A DNA stretch of 64,000 nucleotides from Flavobacteriales bacterium (GTDB lineage: Bacteria > Bacteroidota > Bacteroidia > Flavobacteriales_F > PHOS-HE28): assembly GCA_016721825.1 (NCBI GenBank), contig JADKHI010000002.1:320687-384686 (forward strand). Direction: 5' to 3'. Made by a program: the position numbers and the translations under genes. Under the pieces are notes generated by a model. The model searched no databases. It saw nothing but the letters and a program-made list of their open reading frames with translations, and was not told the DNA's origin. Shown here piece by piece: positions 59,904 to 64,000 of this stretch (positions are counted from its first letter, which is position 1; each line of letters starts with the position of its first letter).

Positions 59904-61040
59904 TCAGTCCTTCACCACCCGGAAAAAGCGGCCGCTGCCGTCCAGGAGCCGGATCACATAACTGCCGGTGTCCAGCGCCCCCATATCGATCGCGGCTGTA
60001 CGTGCCGTGAACGAGCCGGAACGCACCGAACGCCCTGTGGCGTCCAGCAGCTCATAAGACGTTGAAATGTTCAAGCCTTCAATCTGGAGCAGCCCGGCAC
60101 AAGGATTCGGCCAGGCCTGTAACGATAGGGCGCTCGGAGCCGTCATGCTCGTCGCAAGCTGCCCGCAACTGAAGTTCTGGAAGAAGCTCCAGATCTCCTG
60201 GCTCGCATCAATGTCCTGATTGGTGTTGCCGATGCCGCCTAATACGGCACTACTGCCCGGCCATTGGTGTCCTCCGCCGTTCACCTTCAGAAGCACCACT
60301 TCGCTACTTCCATCGCATGGTGTATACCCCTGCTTCTCGACCGTGCTGCCATCGCCCGTATCAATATCAGGAAGAGCGGTAATTACAGGTGTGGTTGGGC
60401 AGTTCAGAAGCCCGCTCCATTGCGCGATCACATCGCTTACACCGATGCCGCTGAAGATGCTGCCGTTGTAGCTGACGATGATGTCCGAAGTACCGTGGAT
60501 CTGCATGACCGGGGTGGAATGCTGCGGTGCGCAGTCATCGGAAGCGTTGTTGCTCATGGTGCCGCTCACGGAGGCGATGGCCGCGAAACAGCGGGGGCTC
60601 TCGCATGCCAGACGGTGGCTAAGGAAACCGCCCGCCGAGAAGCCGCAGGAGTAGATGCGCGTTGTGTCGATGCCGAACTCCGCGGAAAGACTATCAGCCA
60701 GCGCATCGATGAACCCTATGTCGTCCGCCGAGCTCCCACCTGGAAAACCGGAGTTCGTGTTCCATGCGTTGCCAACGCCGTTCGGGTAGGCCACGATGAA
60801 GTTGTTCGACTCCGCTACAGCGTTGAACTCGGTCACGTCCATGATCGTCTGGGCGCTCTGGGTGAATCCGTGCAGCACAAAGACCAGCGGCACGCTCTGG
60901 CCGACCTGATAGGTCGTCGGCACATACAGGATGTAGTCCCGCGTCAAGCCATCGTGCAGCATGGTCTCGTTGGTCTGCGCATGAAGGCTCCGGTAGGAGA
61001 GAAGGGCCAGGAACAGCGTGAAGTAGAGTATTGGTTTCAT
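59904..61040 (-). CDS. secreted esterase (PHB depolymerase / CE1-like) with T9SS C-terminal sorting domain
   Basis: Signal peptide ...YRSLHAQ, nucleophile elbow GFSAGG, C-terminal AWPNPCAGLLQIEGL...YVIRLLD...FRVVKD. Confidence 0.75.
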   Translation of the reverse strand: MKPILYFTLFLALLSYRSLHAQTNETMLHDGLTRDYILYVPTTYQVGQSVPLVFVLHGFTQSAQTIMDVTEFNAVAESNNFIVAYPNGVGNAWNTNSGFPGGSSADDIGFIDALADSLSAEFGIDTTRIYSCGFSAGGFLSHRLACESPRCFAAIASVSGTMSNNASDDCAPQHSTPVMQIHGTSDIIVSYNGSIFSGIGVSDVIAQWSGLLNCPTTPVITALPDIDTGDGSTVEKQGYTPCDGSSEVVLLKVNGGGHQWPGSSAVLGGIGNTNQDIDASQEIWSFFQNFSCGQLATSMTAPSALSLQAWPNPCAGLLQIEGLNISTSYELLDATGRSVRSGSFTARTAAIDMGALDTGSYVIRLLDGSGRFFRVVKD

Positions 61041-61093
61041 GGTGGGTGGAACAAGCGAAGGTGGTGGAAGTTCGATGGAAAGTTCGTGTTCGA

Positions 61094-62705
61094 TCAGCTG
61101 ATCAAGGCCTTCAGGTCGTCCAAGGTGTTCGCTTCGGACGCATTCTTGTCCCTTCGCCAACGCACAATACGCGGGAAGCGAACGGCCACACCGCTCTTAT
61201 GTCGGCTGCTGGAGCTGATGCCTTCGAACGCGATCTCGAAGACCAATTGCGGTTCCACCTGTCGCACCGGACCAAAGCGTTCGACCGTGTTCTTCTTCAC
61301 AAAGGCGTCCACCTCCTTCATTTCCGCATCAGTAAGGCCGCTGTAAGCCTTGGCGAAGGTGACGAGCTTGTCGTCCTGCCAAAGCCCGAAGGTGTGATCC
61401 GTGTAGAGGTCGGCTCTGCGGCCATGACCTTGCATGCTGAAAGTGAGGACCGCATCGATGGTCAATGGGTCCACCTTCCACTTCCACCAATCTCCACGCT
61501 TACGGCCTACCTCGTAAGTGCTCGAGCGGCGCTTGAGCATCAATCCTTCAATGCTCGTCGTTCGGGCATGTTCACGGTGTTGAACGATGTCCTGCCAAGA
61601 GGTGAAGGCGAGCTTGGAGGAAAGGAGCAACGCGGGATGCCCGGCTTCGAGCACCAACTTCTCCAAGAGCTCCCGTCGCTCAACCAAGGGACTTTGCCGG
61701 ATGTCGACCTCCTTTGTTTTCGAGCAGGTCATACGCCATGAAGACCACCGGCACGTCCGCAAGGATCTTCTTTCCGACCGACTTGCGCCCGATGCGTTTC
61801 TGCATCTCCGCAAAGGGGAGCGGGGTGCCTTCCTTCCACGCGAGGATCTCGCCATCGAGCGCCGTGCCCTGTGGCAGCACCTCGCGCAACGCTTGGAATT
61901 CGGGGTACTTGTCGGTCACCAGTTCCTCCCCGCGGCTCCAGACATAGTGCTGATGTCCTCGTACGATCAGTTGTCCACGGATACCGTCCCACTTGTGCTC
62001 TGCCTGCCAGTCCTGCGGGTCGCCCAGTGGCAAGAGCTCCGGCAGTCCCGCACCGGCGGCACGTCCTTCCTCTCCTTCAAGCCCATAGGCGAGGTAGAAG
62101 GGGTAGGGGCGAGAAGCCTGATCCGCCGCGTTCTCCGCGAAGAGCAGGTCATGAAAGGTGGTGGTGTGCGGGCTCCAGTCGCCCATAAGGCGGTGCGCGA
62201 TAGCGTCCTCCTCCAGTCCGGTGGCCTTGCTCAGGCCCTTCACCATGATCTTCTGGCTGACCCCGATCCGGAATCCGCCTGTGATGATCTTGTTGAAGAC
62301 GAAGAGCTCCATGTTCGCAAGACCCGCCCAAGCGGCCTTCACGCGGTGAGACTTCTCCGGCTCGGTGAGCAGTTTCAGCCCCTCCACGTAATGCACCCAT
62401 TCGGTGAGGCTTTGCGTGATGGGTTGCTCCAACTTGGCAATGTGAGTTACGGTCTCCGCGAAGTCACCGACCACATGATAGCTGGCCTCGAACAGCCAAT
62501 CGGGAATGCCGCTTACTTCGGCGGCCCATTGCCGCAGCTGCGTACTTGTGACAGGACGCTTAGGACGCCGACCACTGAGCAGAGCGATGGTCCACAGCTT
62601 GTCCGCATCAGTAGCCTCACTGAAATAGCGCGCCAGCGCATCGACCTTGGCGTTAGTGCCGGAAGTGGCGTCGAGTTCCTCAAAAAGCTGCGCGGCCCGT
62701 TTCAT
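61094..62705 (-). pseudogene. ATP-dependent DNA ligase (ligase-associated DNA damage response type), interrupted by a frameshift near 61705-61716
   Basis: The N-terminal ORF (61680-62705) carries KxDG (EHKWDGIRG). The C-terminal OB-domain ORF (61094-61855) continues in the +1 frame from ...AYDLLENKG to VDIRQSPLVERR. Confidence 0.75.
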
Positions 62706-63766
62706 AGGACTTCGGGCGAAGTTGGAGGTGGATCTGCGATGCGACCGCCATCCACGACGTCGGTGCCTGGTTCCGCGCCACCATCACCAGAGAATTCGGT
62801 GCTTTCCGCCGTTGCGTCATACCCGACACTTCGCAGGTACTGACTGAACACCTCCGTATAACCATGTGTAGCGATGATGCGTTCGGCCCCCGTTTCCTTC
62901 ACGGCCAGCAGGAGCGCATCCCAATCGGCATGATCGCTGAGCACGAAACCCTTGTCGATGTTTCCCCTTCGCCGCCAACCGCGCAACTGCATCCAACCAC
63001 TGGCCATCGCGGTGGCATAGGGTTTCATCTTACCTGTCCAGGGTGTACCAATGGCGCTACCCGGAGTGATCACCAGCGCATGCCGGAAGCGCTCCTTCGG
63101 TGTGTCCTTGGTGATCAGCTCCCACGCAGGAAGTTGAAGCCCGGCCGCCTCCAGCACGGTGTTCATGTTCGCCACAGCACCATGCACCAGGATGGGGCCG
63201 ATGCTGGGATCCACACCCTTGAGCACCCGTTGAGCTTTGCCCAAGCTGTAGGCACTGATGATGCTGCATATGTTGTTCACAGCGTTCTGTCGCCACCAGG
63301 CGTTCATCTCTGCGAAGACCTGTTCCGGTTCAGGCCAGCGGTAGATGGGGAGCCCGAAGGTGCATTCGGTGATGAAGGTGTCGCATTTCACCGGTTCATA
63401 GGCGTCGCTCACCCCGTCCGCCGCTCGCTTATGGTCGCCTGTGGCCACGCAGACCTCGCCCTTGTGCTCAACGCGGACCTGAACGCTTCCTGGAATGTGA
63501 CCTGCGGGATGAAAGCTGAACTGGACCCCATTGATCGTCACGGACCCGCCGCGGTCAAGCGTATCAATGCGTAGATCTTCGCCGAGGCGTGCCTGCAACA
63601 AGGGCTTGGTCACTGGGCTGCACAGGTAGTGCCCATGTCCCCGACGGGCATGATCGCTGTGGGCATGAGTGATCAGGGCCTTATCCACGCTTCGCCAGGG
63701 GTCGATGTACACATCGGCCTGCGCGCAGTGGATGCCACGGGGGCTGAATGAGAGCAGAGGGACCAT
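62702..63766 (-). CDS. ligase-associated DNA damage response exonuclease (MBL / beta-CASP fold)
   Basis: ITHAHSDHA (HxHxDH). ATGA overlap with the ligase start. Confidence 0.8.
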   Translation of the reverse strand: MVPLLSFSPRGIHCAQADVYIDPWRSVDKALITHAHSDHARRGHGHYLCSPVTKPLLQARLGEDLRIDTLDRGGSVTINGVQFSFHPAGHIPGSVQVRVEHKGEVCVATGDHKRAADGVSDAYEPVKCDTFITECTFGLPIYRWPEPEQVFAEMNAWWRQNAVNNICSIISAYSLGKAQRVLKGVDPSIGPILVHGAVANMNTVLEAAGLQLPAWELITKDTPKERFRHALVITPGSAIGTPWTGKMKPYATAMASGWMQLRGWRRRGNIDKGFVLSDHADWDALLLAVKETGAERIIATHGYTEVFSQYLRSVGYDATAESTEFSGDGGAEPGTDVVDGGRIADPPPTSPEVL

Positions 63767-63882
63767 GGTCTTGACGAACTACCCGTCAGCATAGGAAGTT
63801 CCAAGATGGGCACGAAGCGCGCCCGCTACAACGGTTCGGCGTCGTTTTCTACATTGGCACTTCACCAGACCGGAATTCCGCC

Positions 63883-64000
63883 ATGCCCGTAGCCATCGCC
63901 GAGAAGTTATGCCTGGAGTGCGGCGAGCCGATCAAAGGGCGCACCGACAAGAAGTTCTGCTCGGATGCTTGCCGCAACATCTATCATTATCACGCCAACA
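63883..64000 (+). CDS. partial CDS (5' end), small zinc-ribbon-like protein
   Basis: ATG at 63883. MPVAIAEKLCLECGEPIKGRTDKKFCSDACRNIYHYHAN... contains CxxC...CxxxC. It runs off the window end. Confidence 0.4.
   Translation, partial: MPVAIAEKLCLECGEPIKGRTDKKFCSDACRNIYHYHAN

Noticed and set aside
61701-61720. Programmed frameshift in the ligase, driven by the SD-like AAGGAGGT at the shift site
   Set aside because: There is no slippery heptamer and no 0-frame stop or rare codon at the site. Bacteroidota generally do not rely on SD interactions. A simple indel, real or technical, explains the break more economically.
61587-62843. 418-aa plus-strand ORF
   Set aside because: It is antisense to the DNA ligase, which carries a KxDG motif, and to the exonuclease 3' end. 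No motif supports it.

Overview
High-GC (about 60-65% by eye) chromosomal segment that looks like Bacteroidota. The evidence is gldF/gldG gliding-motility ABC components, T9SS-type C-terminal sorting domains on two secreted hydrolases, GWxTD and DUF4340-like proteins, and recurring TAnnTT(T/C)G -7 boxes instead of Shine-Dalgarno sites. I can support about 58 protein-coding genes, one tRNA-Ser(UGA), a few hairpin terminators and some promoter-like boxes. Most of the many other long ORFs in the track are antisense artefacts of the high GC content. Housekeeping content includes xerD, aroQ, dnaN, phoH, purC, yggS, serA, serC, rpmE2, ogt, a thiolase, paaI and a 3-hydroxyacyl-CoA dehydrogenase. Observations worth a second look: (1) a tightly coupled four-gene operon at 16001-20119 (papain/C39-like Cys peptidase, RimK-type ATP-grasp ligase with an extra N-domain, GCS2 carboxylate-amine ligase, FGase-like amidohydrolase) that looks like an uncharacterised non-ribosomal peptide or peptide-tag build-and-trim system; (2) an overlapping HipA-like kinase plus DUF3037-like pair at 41699-42854; (3) a ligase-associated DNA-damage-response set (exonuclease, ATP-dependent ligase, Lhr-type helicase, PdeM) split by three envelope/secreted genes, with a frameshifted ligase; (4) a ~150-nt near-homopolymeric G tract at 36989-37141, next to a degraded transposase-like fragment, most likely a sequencing or assembly artefact and a possible chimeric join; (5) a protein-kinase-like orphan downstream of a GH18 gene; (6) a 14-nt duplicate of the tRNA-Ser 3' end. 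No CRISPR array, rRNA, intact IS element or prophage was seen. Functional calls come from motifs read by eye and from remembered family signatures. Several start codons are uncertain.
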